DNA of 52,027 bases, from positions 67,982-120,008 of the forward strand of contig CAZHVT010000002.1 in assembly GCA_964536205.1 (NCBI GenBank), given 5' to 3'. The DNA is from an uncultured Gammaproteobacteria bacterium. Lineage in GTDB: Bacteria; Patescibacteriota; Patescibacteriia; Magasanikbacterales; GCA-002688135. This document shows positions 24,371 to 31,753 of this stretch, in pieces; position 1 is the first letter of the stretch, and each line of letters begins with the position of its first letter. Made by a program: the position numbers and the translations under genes. Under the pieces are notes generated by a model that searched no databases, was not told the DNA's origin, and saw only the letters and a program-made list of their open reading frames with translations.

Positions 24371-25408
24371 ATGAAAAAATTAATCATCACTAATTTATAC
24401 GGAAAATATGCACGCGGCGGAGCCGAATCTGTTGTGGCACAGCAAGTCGCTCGCGAAAAAGAAACGGGGAATGAGGTTGTATTGTTGACCGCACGACCGA
24501 CCAGTATCATCCCAAAAAAGGATGGTAATATCTGGCATCTCCGCCCGCTGAATATTTTTTTCTACACAAACGATCACAAACACAATGCATTCATCAGAGC
24601 GATCTGGCACTTCATCGACATATTCAATTTCCACACATGGCTTGAAACAATGATCATCATAAAAAGAGAAAAACCAGATGTCGTACATACACACAATTTG
24701 AAAGGACTGGGATATTTGATTCCTTGGGCAATAAAATTGATGGGCAAAAAACACATCCACACCATCCACGACATCCAACTCATAACCCCATCAGGATTGA
24801 TGATGGTCGGACAAGAAAACCACTGGCATCACACAGGCCCACTCACAAAATTGTATCGCTGGATCACACGCAAACTTTTCGGATCCCCACAAATCATAAC
24901 TTCGCCATCACAATGGGCACTCGACGAACACACAAAACATGGATTCTTCAAAAACTCAAAAACCTACGTCGTCCCAAACCAACCCGACCCCATCTTCGCT
25001 CAAACAAAAAGCGAAGCGTCATTGCGAGGAGAGACGAATGAACGACGCGGCAATCTATATATTTATGCCGGCCAACTCGAACCACACAAAGGAATATTCA
25101 ACTTAATAGACGAATTCACACAAAAAAAAGATGCACAACTGCACATTTACGGTGATGGATCATTATTGCAATACACAAAAGCTGTTGCACACATGCACCC
25201 GCATATCACCTTCCACGGAAAAGTAACAAAACAACAACTAGCAAAAGCCTACACACAAGCAACCTACTTCATATACCCATCCCTCTGCTACGAAAACGCC
25301 CCCATGGCAATCCTCGAAGCACAAGCCGCCAGACTCACGATCATCGCTTCCAACCATGGTGGTATAGGAGACATACTTGAAGTATGGACTGTTAAAATAG
25401 CAAAATAG
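24371..25408 (+). CDS. GT4-family (GT-B fold) glycosyltransferase with an in-frame repeat insert
   Basis: GGAESVV N-terminus, EPHKG, C-terminal PSLCYENAPMAILEAQA (E-x7-E region). Confidence 0.85.
   Translation: MKKLIITNLYGKYARGGAESVVAQQVAREKETGNEVVLLTARPTSIIPKKDGNIWHLRPLNIFFYTNDHKHNAFIRAIWHFIDIFNFHTWLETMIIIKREKPDVVHTHNLKGLGYLIPWAIKLMGKKHIHTIHDIQLITPSGLMMVGQENHWHHTGPLTKLYRWITRKLFGSPQIITSPSQWALDEHTKHGFFKNSKTYVVPNQPDPIFAQTKSEASLRGETNERRGNLYIYAGQLEPHKGIFNLIDEFTQKKDAQLHIYGDGSLLQYTKAVAHMHPHITFHGKVTKQQLAKAYTQATYFIYPSLCYENAPMAILEAQAARLTIIASNHGGIGDILEVWTVKIAK
25010..25056. repeat. GTCATTGC...GCAATC-type short element in frame in the GT4 gene
   Basis: gcgaagcgtcattgcgaggagagacgaatgaacgacgcggcaatc encodes SEASLRGETNERRGNL at the inter-domain linker. 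Confidence 0.6.
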
Positions 25409-25432
25409 TTAATTTTTTTAAGCCTCATTATT

Positions 25433-25963
25433 ATGAATCAAGACAATAAAGATGAAAGCGCAAGTATGGAAAAAAAGAATGTAAATGATAGAGAATACAA
25501 AATATGGAAGGTGGATTCGTTTTGGCAGGGTGTTAAGAATTCAAATAAAAGAGAAAATGAAATATCCGACATGTCAATCAAAGCTCAGATTCAAGCCTCA
25601 GCAATTTTTGTAGCAATTTTGGGTGTGTTGCTTCGTAATCAAAACGAATCAATTATTGTAAAGATAGGCGTTGTCTCGGCGTTCATCTTATTTGGGGCAA
25701 ATATATGCATGGGTATTTTTGCTCTTTATAAAAAAGAGTCTTTTTGGCAAAACATGGCAAGAAAGAATCATTTGTGCATGAAGGAATGGATTGCCTGTTG
25801 GAAGAAGGAGGTTGATGATGTACACGCGGATAAGGCGTGCGGGTTAATCATAGGCGGAAGTCCTCATCTCAATACAAGGAGATGGCCAGTGAATGTACAA
25901 TCAATATTTTTTGTTTTAGCCGTTGTGGTTTCTCTAACAAGCTTAGCATTGTCTATTTTCTAG
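25433..25963 (+). CDS. membrane protein (176 aa), AT-rich
   Basis: Three hydrophobic segments; low GC like the adjacent R-M genes. Confidence 0.6.
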   Translation: MNQDNKDESASMEKKNVNDREYKIWKVDSFWQGVKNSNKRENEISDMSIKAQIQASAIFVAILGVLLRNQNESIIVKIGVVSAFILFGANICMGIFALYKKESFWQNMARKNHLCMKEWIACWKKEVDDVHADKACGLIIGGSPHLNTRRWPVNVQSIFFVLAVVVSLTSLALSIF

Positions 25964-25969
25964 AAAATT

Positions 25970-25998
25970 TTGACCCAAAACGTGAAAAAAGTTAGAAT
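25970..25998 (+). promoter_or_regulatory. candidate promoter of the endonuclease gene
   Basis: TTGACC-17 nt-TAGAAT. Confidence 0.55.
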
Positions 25999-26025
25999 TA
26001 TATAACTACAACCTCATGTCACATT

Positions 26026-26943
26026 ATGTACAGATACAACCCACCAAAGCCTATAATCATTAAGTTGATTGATGAGTGGGGATTCGAGATGCGCGAAGCT
26101 GCTGCGAAATTTGTTGATGAGAATCGTAACACAACCGGGGCTGAACGCGGAAATATCATGCAGCAAGGGTTTGGTGCGCTAGCAGAAATAGTTATTCGAA
26201 ACAAATTAGGTATGCCAAATATCAATCCCGCTGAACATCCAGTAGGTTATGATGTACTGCTTCCATCCGGAGTGAAAGTTGATGTAAAGTGCAGAGGTGG
26301 GCAAAAAGCATTTCAGGAAGAATATGAAGGAAGTGATGGATTGAAAAGAGAGGCAAAGCACAACTTGTTTGCACGGCAGGTTTTTAATGAGGATTTGGAT
26401 ACAGATCTATATGTCATGACTCATCTTGAGTCACCAAAAGATGCTGCACTTCCGGGAACGAAGCGGCAGCGCAAATGGACATTGTATATTTGCGGATGGG
26501 TCTCAAAAAAAAGAGTCTTGCGAGAAGGAGTCTATTTACCGCGCGGCTCAATAACTGAGCGCGGAAGATCATGGTTTGCTTACAGAGGGCAAGAGATCGA
26601 ATTTTATAATAAAAACTTAAACGGATTTGATGATCTCACTGATTTACATAAATTAGAGCCAACAGATGTTGAGAGTGACTCAATATACCTAGGCGAGCTG
26701 AACATGACAACAGTAGATGCTATTCGAATCGCTTATGATCTTATTGGAAGAGGGGTATTGCAAAAAAAGCATGTTGATTTTATCAAAACAAAAAACAATC
26801 TAGAACAGGTCGTAAAACCAATCCTCAATGCAAATCAATACTTTCATCTTCTTGGGTGGCTGAAAAAAAATGAGCAGATTTCGGACATTGAAGTACAGAA
26901 AGCTCAGGAAATAATGAGCAGAGAAGAGTATGATGGAATTTAA
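26026..26943 (+). CDS. candidate type II restriction endonuclease (PD-(D/E)xK)
   Basis: GYDVLLPSGVKVDVKCR fits D...(D/E)xK; convergent with the methyltransferase gene, 4-nt overlap. Confidence 0.55.
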   Translation: MYRYNPPKPIIIKLIDEWGFEMREAAAKFVDENRNTTGAERGNIMQQGFGALAEIVIRNKLGMPNINPAEHPVGYDVLLPSGVKVDVKCRGGQKAFQEEYEGSDGLKREAKHNLFARQVFNEDLDTDLYVMTHLESPKDAALPGTKRQRKWTLYICGWVSKKRVLREGVYLPRGSITERGRSWFAYRGQEIEFYNKNLNGFDDLTDLHKLEPTDVESDSIYLGELNMTTVDAIRIAYDLIGRGVLQKKHVDFIKTKNNLEQVVKPILNANQYFHLLGWLKKNEQISDIEVQKAQEIMSREEYDGI

Positions 26944-28049
26944 AGAAGGGAGGGTTGGCTATTTTCAATGATGTATTGTTCGCGTGCTTTTTTAATTCGC
27001 TGTTCACAAATTTCTATATAGTCAACCTTCTTTTTCTTAAACTGGAAAACTTCTTTGTTTTTTTCTATTCCAATAAATTTTCTATTTTCTAGAACAGCGG
27101 ATACAAGGAAACTGCCACTTCCACAAGTATTATCGAGTACAATTTCGCCGGGTTGCGTAAAGGTACGGATCAAATACCTACCTAACTCTACAGGTTTTTG
27201 CGTTGGATGATACACAGCCCCTTCTGATTCTGGCGTTTTGAAATATACTACATCAGTAGGATAGCGATCACCGTCACTTTTAACTTCAACGGTTCCAAAG
27301 TCCCCATAGCTCCCGGTTAATTGATTTTTTCGAAAACCTTTATTGTAGGGGATCCCTTTTGTCATTTGAGGGGTATATTTAGGTTGTTTTTTGTAGAAGA
27401 TTAGAACATCTTCATGTCTGCGGAGCGGCTGTTTTTTGGCGTTGAGAAAATTAGTAGCTTTTGATTTGACCCAAACAATTTTATATTTGAAATTTGATGG
27501 ATTTGACAGAATAAGTTTTGCGGTAAAAATACCTTGGCCAGTGAGGGCAACTGCTCCGTTATCCTTAATTACGCGATTATATTCTCGCCACAGTAGATGA
27601 AGGGGTATGACGCAATCCCATTTATTTTGTGTGGTTCCGTATGGCAGATCACACAAGATCATATCAATCGATTTTGATGGAATAGTTTTCATAATATCTA
27701 AACAATCACCTTCAATAATACGGTCGATAAGACTATTAGTGGATCGCTCAAGTTTTTGTTGCTTTTCTGGATTCCTGTGAAAGGAGCTGGATCTCTTTAC
27801 AGTCTTAATAATATCTGTAGGAGGTGTGGTAATTGAGGATTTGTCCGCGGGAACGGATATAGATCTAGGTTTGTTTGCCACGCGCATGAGATATCCAGAA
27901 TCTTGGAGTCGCGATACATGAAAATGTGCCGTGGAAACAGATGCGAGTTTAAAATTCCTTCGAATGTCCTCAAGAGAAGGAGCGTATTCGAATTTAGAAG
28001 AATATATTTTGATGAAGTCGAGAACCTCTTTTTGACGTTTAGTAAGCAT
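26940..28049 (-). CDS. DNA methyltransferase (beta-class N6A/N4C) fused to an N-terminal LexA-type winged-helix domain
   Basis: N-terminus MLTKRQKEVLDFIKIY..APSLEDIRRNF..SVSTAHFHVSRLQDSGYLMR; motif IV ILCDLPYG precedes motif I VLDNTCGSGSF. Confidence 0.85.
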   Translation of the reverse strand: MLTKRQKEVLDFIKIYSSKFEYAPSLEDIRRNFKLASVSTAHFHVSRLQDSGYLMRVANKPRSISVPADKSSITTPPTDIIKTVKRSSSFHRNPEKQQKLERSTNSLIDRIIEGDCLDIMKTIPSKSIDMILCDLPYGTTQNKWDCVIPLHLLWREYNRVIKDNGAVALTGQGIFTAKLILSNPSNFKYKIVWVKSKATNFLNAKKQPLRRHEDVLIFYKKQPKYTPQMTKGIPYNKGFRKNQLTGSYGDFGTVEVKSDGDRYPTDVVYFKTPESEGAVYHPTQKPVELGRYLIRTFTQPGEIVLDNTCGSGSFLVSAVLENRKFIGIEKNKEVFQFKKKKVDYIEICEQRIKKAREQYIIENSQPSLL

Positions 28050-28054
28050 GGATT

Positions 28055-28083
28055 TTGATTATCAGTTCAATTTTAGTATACTA
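28055..28083. promoter_or_regulatory. divergent control region: plus-strand promoter and a 10-bp perfect palindrome
   Basis: TTGATT-16 nt-TATACT (plus strand). TAGTATACTA (28074-28083) is self-complementary and gives TATACT on both strands. Confidence 0.4.
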
Positions 28084-28140
28084 GAAAAAAAATAGAACAT
28101 CGAGTGCGTTTGTCCACATTTCTTGAAATCAAAAAAGAGT

Positions 28141-28830
28141 ATGAAAAACAAAGAAGGGTTGTGGAAGTTGAGTCCGAGTTCGCTGAGGAAGTTTGATGAG
28201 TGTGGAGCTTGCTTTTGGGTTGATAATAATTTCAAGAAGCAGCCGGGGTTGCCGTGGACGTTGAATAGTGCGATGGATAGTATTTGTAAGTTTCGGTATG
28301 ATAAATATCGGAAGAAAAATACATTTCCGCCGGAGGTTAAGGAATTGGAGAAGGAGGGGATTGTGCCGTTTGAAGATATTGATCAGCTTGAGATTTGGCG
28401 GGAGAGTATGAATTCGCTTCGCGTTATTGATGAAAAGGTTGGGTATGCGTTGCGGGGGAAGATTGATGATGTTTTGGTTGAATCTGATGGGCGACTCATT
28501 CCTGCAGATTACAAATCATCGGGAAATGCACCGGCCGAGGACAAGCAAAAATTTTATGTCGATCAATTGCAGGCGTATGGATTTATGTTTTCCAAGCATG
28601 GTTACGAAGTTTCAGATCGCGCGTATCTCTTGCATTATTTTGTGAAGGATAAAACTGATACATCACTCAAAGTCACATTTGATTCACATGTCGATCTCGT
28701 GAAAATTGACATCAAGAAATTTGAAAAAAAATTAAAGAAGATGGTGAAATTACTAAATGGGAAATATCCGGGAGATAATGCGGATTGTAAGCATTGTGGG
28801 TATTTTGAGGGGAGAAGGAAATCTAAATAG
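28141..28830 (+). CDS. Cas4/RecB-like PD-(D/E)xK nuclease with a four-Cys cluster
   Basis: N-terminal CGAC, IDDVLVE, ADYKSS, QLQAY, C-terminal CKHC; TTG 28123 alternative start. Confidence 0.75.
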   Translation: MKNKEGLWKLSPSSLRKFDECGACFWVDNNFKKQPGLPWTLNSAMDSICKFRYDKYRKKNTFPPEVKELEKEGIVPFEDIDQLEIWRESMNSLRVIDEKVGYALRGKIDDVLVESDGRLIPADYKSSGNAPAEDKQKFYVDQLQAYGFMFSKHGYEVSDRAYLLHYFVKDKTDTSLKVTFDSHVDLVKIDIKKFEKKLKKMVKLLNGKYPGDNADCKHCGYFEGRRKSK

Positions 28831-28858
28831 ATTGCTTCGCTGAAACGCTTGCAATGAC
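28830..28858. repeat. short GATTGC...GCAATGAC element, upstream flank of the HD gene
   Basis: gattgcttcgctgaaacgcttgcaatgac; shares aaatagattgct...aatgac with 29530-29564. Confidence 0.6.
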
Positions 28859-28874
28859 GCGCTTAATTTCTATT

Positions 28875-29531
28875 ATGGATAACAAGGAAAAAATAATCGA
28901 AGCTACGATGAAGTATGCGAAGGAGACGCTTGAAGGCGAAGGATCAGGACATGATTGGTGGCATATATGGCGGGTGTGGAAGAATGCAAAGCATATTGGT
29001 GAGACAGAGGATTGCGATATGTTTGTTGTCGAGCTTGCGGCGCTGCTCCACGATATTGCCGATTTTAAGTTTCATGATGGTGATCTTACTGTTGGGCCAA
29101 GGGTTGCGTGTGAGTGGTTGGAAAGTCAGAATGTTGATGAGGGTGTTGTAAAACATGTATGCGACATAATTGCATCAACATCATTCAAGGGCGCGCAAGT
29201 TGATGCATCAGTTCACACAAAAGAAGCGATGGTAGTACAGGATGCAGATAGATTGGACGCGATGGGAGCAATTGGAATCGGACGCGCATTTGCATACGGC
29301 GGACACAAAAATCGCGAGATGTATAATCCAAACATCAAACCGGAACAGCACGATTCATTTGAGAAATACGCAAACAACAATAGCCCAACCCTCAATCATT
29401 TCTACGAAAAACTTCTCCTACTCAAAGATTTGATGAACACACAAACCGCAAAAAAAATCGCGCAGGGTAGGCACGATTTTATGGAGATGTACTTAGAACA
29501 GTTTTATAAGGAATGGGATGGGGAGTTGTAA
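28875..29531 (+). CDS. HD-domain phosphohydrolase
   Basis: GHDWWHIWRV, LLHDIAD, DADRLDAMGAIG. Confidence 0.88.
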   Translation: MDNKEKIIEATMKYAKETLEGEGSGHDWWHIWRVWKNAKHIGETEDCDMFVVELAALLHDIADFKFHDGDLTVGPRVACEWLESQNVDEGVVKHVCDIIASTSFKGAQVDASVHTKEAMVVQDADRLDAMGAIGIGRAFAYGGHKNREMYNPNIKPEQHDSFEKYANNNSPTLNHFYEKLLLLKDLMNTQTAKKIAQGRHDFMEMYLEQFYKEWDGEL

Positions 29532-29534
29532 ATA

Positions 29535-29564
29535 GATTGCTACGTCGTTCCTTCTCGTAATGAC
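29535..29564. repeat. short GATTGC...TAATGAC element, downstream flank of the HD gene
   Basis: gattgctacgtcgttccttctcgtaatgac, same orientation as 28830-28858. Confidence 0.6.
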
Positions 29565-29567
29565 AGA

Positions 29568-31652
29568 CTAATTGCCGAATACAAAAACTTTATTGGTCCA
29601 ATCGAGTTGGAATGAGTCGGATGAGTTTGCGAGGGCGAGCTTTGTGATTTTTTCAGAATCCCACCAATAATCATTTACGACAAAATATACGCGGTCGACA
29701 TTCATGTATGACATAACTGCGTTGGCAACTTCTGGAGATGGATCGCCGTAAATCATTGTCAAAAAATATTCATACAACTTCCCGCCGGTTGGGATGGGAT
29801 AAAAATATTGTTCGCCATCAACTGTCTCAACATATCGATCAAAACCAACAGACTGAATCGCCGCCGCACTAACTGCTTGATTCGCCAGCACAACATACGA
29901 CGCGCCATCGGCGTGTTTTTCAATTTCAGAAACAGTATCAAAATCTGCTGTTGCAACAGAATATCCATGCGCGCGCTCAACAGGATTATTGCGCGGATAG
30001 GAAAAGTATAATCCGCCAGCCATCGCAACTGAAATCATTCCCAATCCAATTAATCGCACGGTTGATTCTGCATGATACAAACGATGAAACACGCGCTGCG
30101 ACAACAACAACAAAATAGGAAACAGCACGATCAAAGCAATTTCCATCACACGGATACTATAATTTCCTTGTTCATAATCGATCACAAGCGGGAGTTCCAT
30201 ACCAGAAGCGAGTAAAGATGCATTGACGACAAGTACAATAAAAAGTCCGGTCAAAATTCCTACAATGCCTTTGAATCGAGATCGTGAAAGCGCGATACGA
30301 ATGCCATACGCAAAAATCCCAACAACCATAAACACTAAAAAGAATCGATAGGTGTAGAGAATATCTAATGTCGGATCAAGCGGCCGCAGCCACGCAAGTC
30401 CCCACGCAAAAGAGGGAAGTGTGATATGTGAAAGTTGCTCGGATAATCCAGAAACTCCTTTTGATCCAAACAATAAAAGCGCCGGCAAAATCACACATGA
30501 AGCCGCATATACAAAACTTAACAAAACTCCTCGCGCGCTCGCTGCCAATCCAGAATTCCAAATCCGCAAAAGCAAAACAAATATGAAAGCCGGAATTCCG
30601 GTAAGCGGATGTATTAACAAGGTTGCAAGAGCAAGAACCCACAAATACACGCGCGGTATCGGCCGATCAGTAATCATCGTCAAACTCAAAATCACCAGCG
30701 CGGCAAAAAAAGTATTCGCCAAGCCTTGCGGAGTCGTCACAATAAAAGAAGAAAAGGGGAGTAAAAACAACATCATCCCGGAAAGCGCCACACCCAAATC
30801 AAATCCTAATCGACGTAAACTATATACAGAAGATGCAAGCAAGATAAGCGCAGCAAAAAGTGGAACAAATAATCGATCTAATAATGAAAGTACTGCAGGG
30901 GAAACCAATCGCGCTCCAGTGACAACTGTCATATATTGCCCGATGTAATACGGTGTCTTTGGCGTAATAACATCATGCTCCAAAATATGTGATTCAGCCG
31001 CGCGATGAATAAACGGATCAAATCCATATCCATTCGGGAAAATCATAAACGCAATACCAAGCATCATCACCACATGCAAAAATCCCAAAAAGAAATGCGT
31101 TTTATGTCGATACAGTAAATAATGAAGCGCGAGCAAAAAAGTTGTCACAACAAACAGCGGGAAAAAATAGGAAGGCAGTGCCTCCCAAGGTGAAATTATG
31201 GCATGTGTGACAGAAGATCGAATCACAGCAGAAAACAACACAAGTTGCAGCGCCAAAACAAACAATCCAAAAAATGAATGTCCGGAAGTTGAAAAATGCA
31301 GAGAAATAACTTGCGGCTCTTTTACAAATGTATGAGTTTGTTTCGGGAGTAATCCGAGCAAAAGAGGAAGCGCCATAATCGTCATGCCCATCGCAAGGGT
31401 CGACCAGCTCGCTCCATAATAGATCAAGCTCGCGACGATAATAAACACACTCAAAGCACCCAATAATCCCAAAGTAAATCCCATCACAGAACGAACCAGC
31501 GGAAACAGCCGACGTTTCACAATTAAAGAGGTGCTGGTAACATACAAAAGCAACACAAAAGCACCCAACCACGCAGACTGGATCGTTGCGTGATTAAGTA
31601 GTAAGATAATTGCCCAGAACTCGGAGAGGACGATGAGTGGTCGGATTTTCAT
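29568..31652 (-). CDS. large polytopic membrane protein, probable GT-C-type glycosyltransferase
   Basis: At least 14 predicted TM segments followed by a soluble C-terminal domain; neighbours are glycosylation genes. Confidence 0.6.
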   Translation of the reverse strand: MKIRPLIVLSEFWAIILLLNHATIQSAWLGAFVLLLYVTSTSLIVKRRLFPLVRSVMGFTLGLLGALSVFIIVASLIYYGASWSTLAMGMTIMALPLLLGLLPKQTHTFVKEPQVISLHFSTSGHSFFGLFVLALQLVLFSAVIRSSVTHAIISPWEALPSYFFPLFVVTTFLLALHYLLYRHKTHFFLGFLHVVMMLGIAFMIFPNGYGFDPFIHRAAESHILEHDVITPKTPYYIGQYMTVVTGARLVSPAVLSLLDRLFVPLFAALILLASSVYSLRRLGFDLGVALSGMMLFLLPFSSFIVTTPQGLANTFFAALVILSLTMITDRPIPRVYLWVLALATLLIHPLTGIPAFIFVLLLRIWNSGLAASARGVLLSFVYAASCVILPALLLFGSKGVSGLSEQLSHITLPSFAWGLAWLRPLDPTLDILYTYRFFLVFMVVGIFAYGIRIALSRSRFKGIVGILTGLFIVLVVNASLLASGMELPLVIDYEQGNYSIRVMEIALIVLFPILLLLSQRVFHRLYHAESTVRLIGLGMISVAMAGGLYFSYPRNNPVERAHGYSVATADFDTVSEIEKHADGASYVVLANQAVSAAAIQSVGFDRYVETVDGEQYFYPIPTGGKLYEYFLTMIYGDPSPEVANAVMSYMNVDRVYFVVNDYWWDSEKITKLALANSSDSFQLDWTNKVFVFGN

Positions 31653-31660
31653 ATTAAACA

Positions 31661-31750
31661 GTATCTAGTATATGGTATGTAGTATATAGTATTGCGCAAC
31701 CGCAACGAAGTTGCATACCACATACTATATACTACATACAACATACTACT
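31661..31750. repeat. hairpin element with gcaaccgcaacRaagttgc core, copy 2
   Basis: 18-bp stem gtatgtagtatatagtat/atactatatactacatac around core gcaaccgcaacgaagttgc (31696-31714). Confidence 0.8.
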
Positions 31751-31753
31751 GTC

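Noticed and set aside
28825-29564. Integron-type gene cassette (attC sites) around the HD gene
   Set aside because: No GTTRRRY/RYYYAAC core sites, no integrase and no attI are present. The elements are only about 30 nt long.
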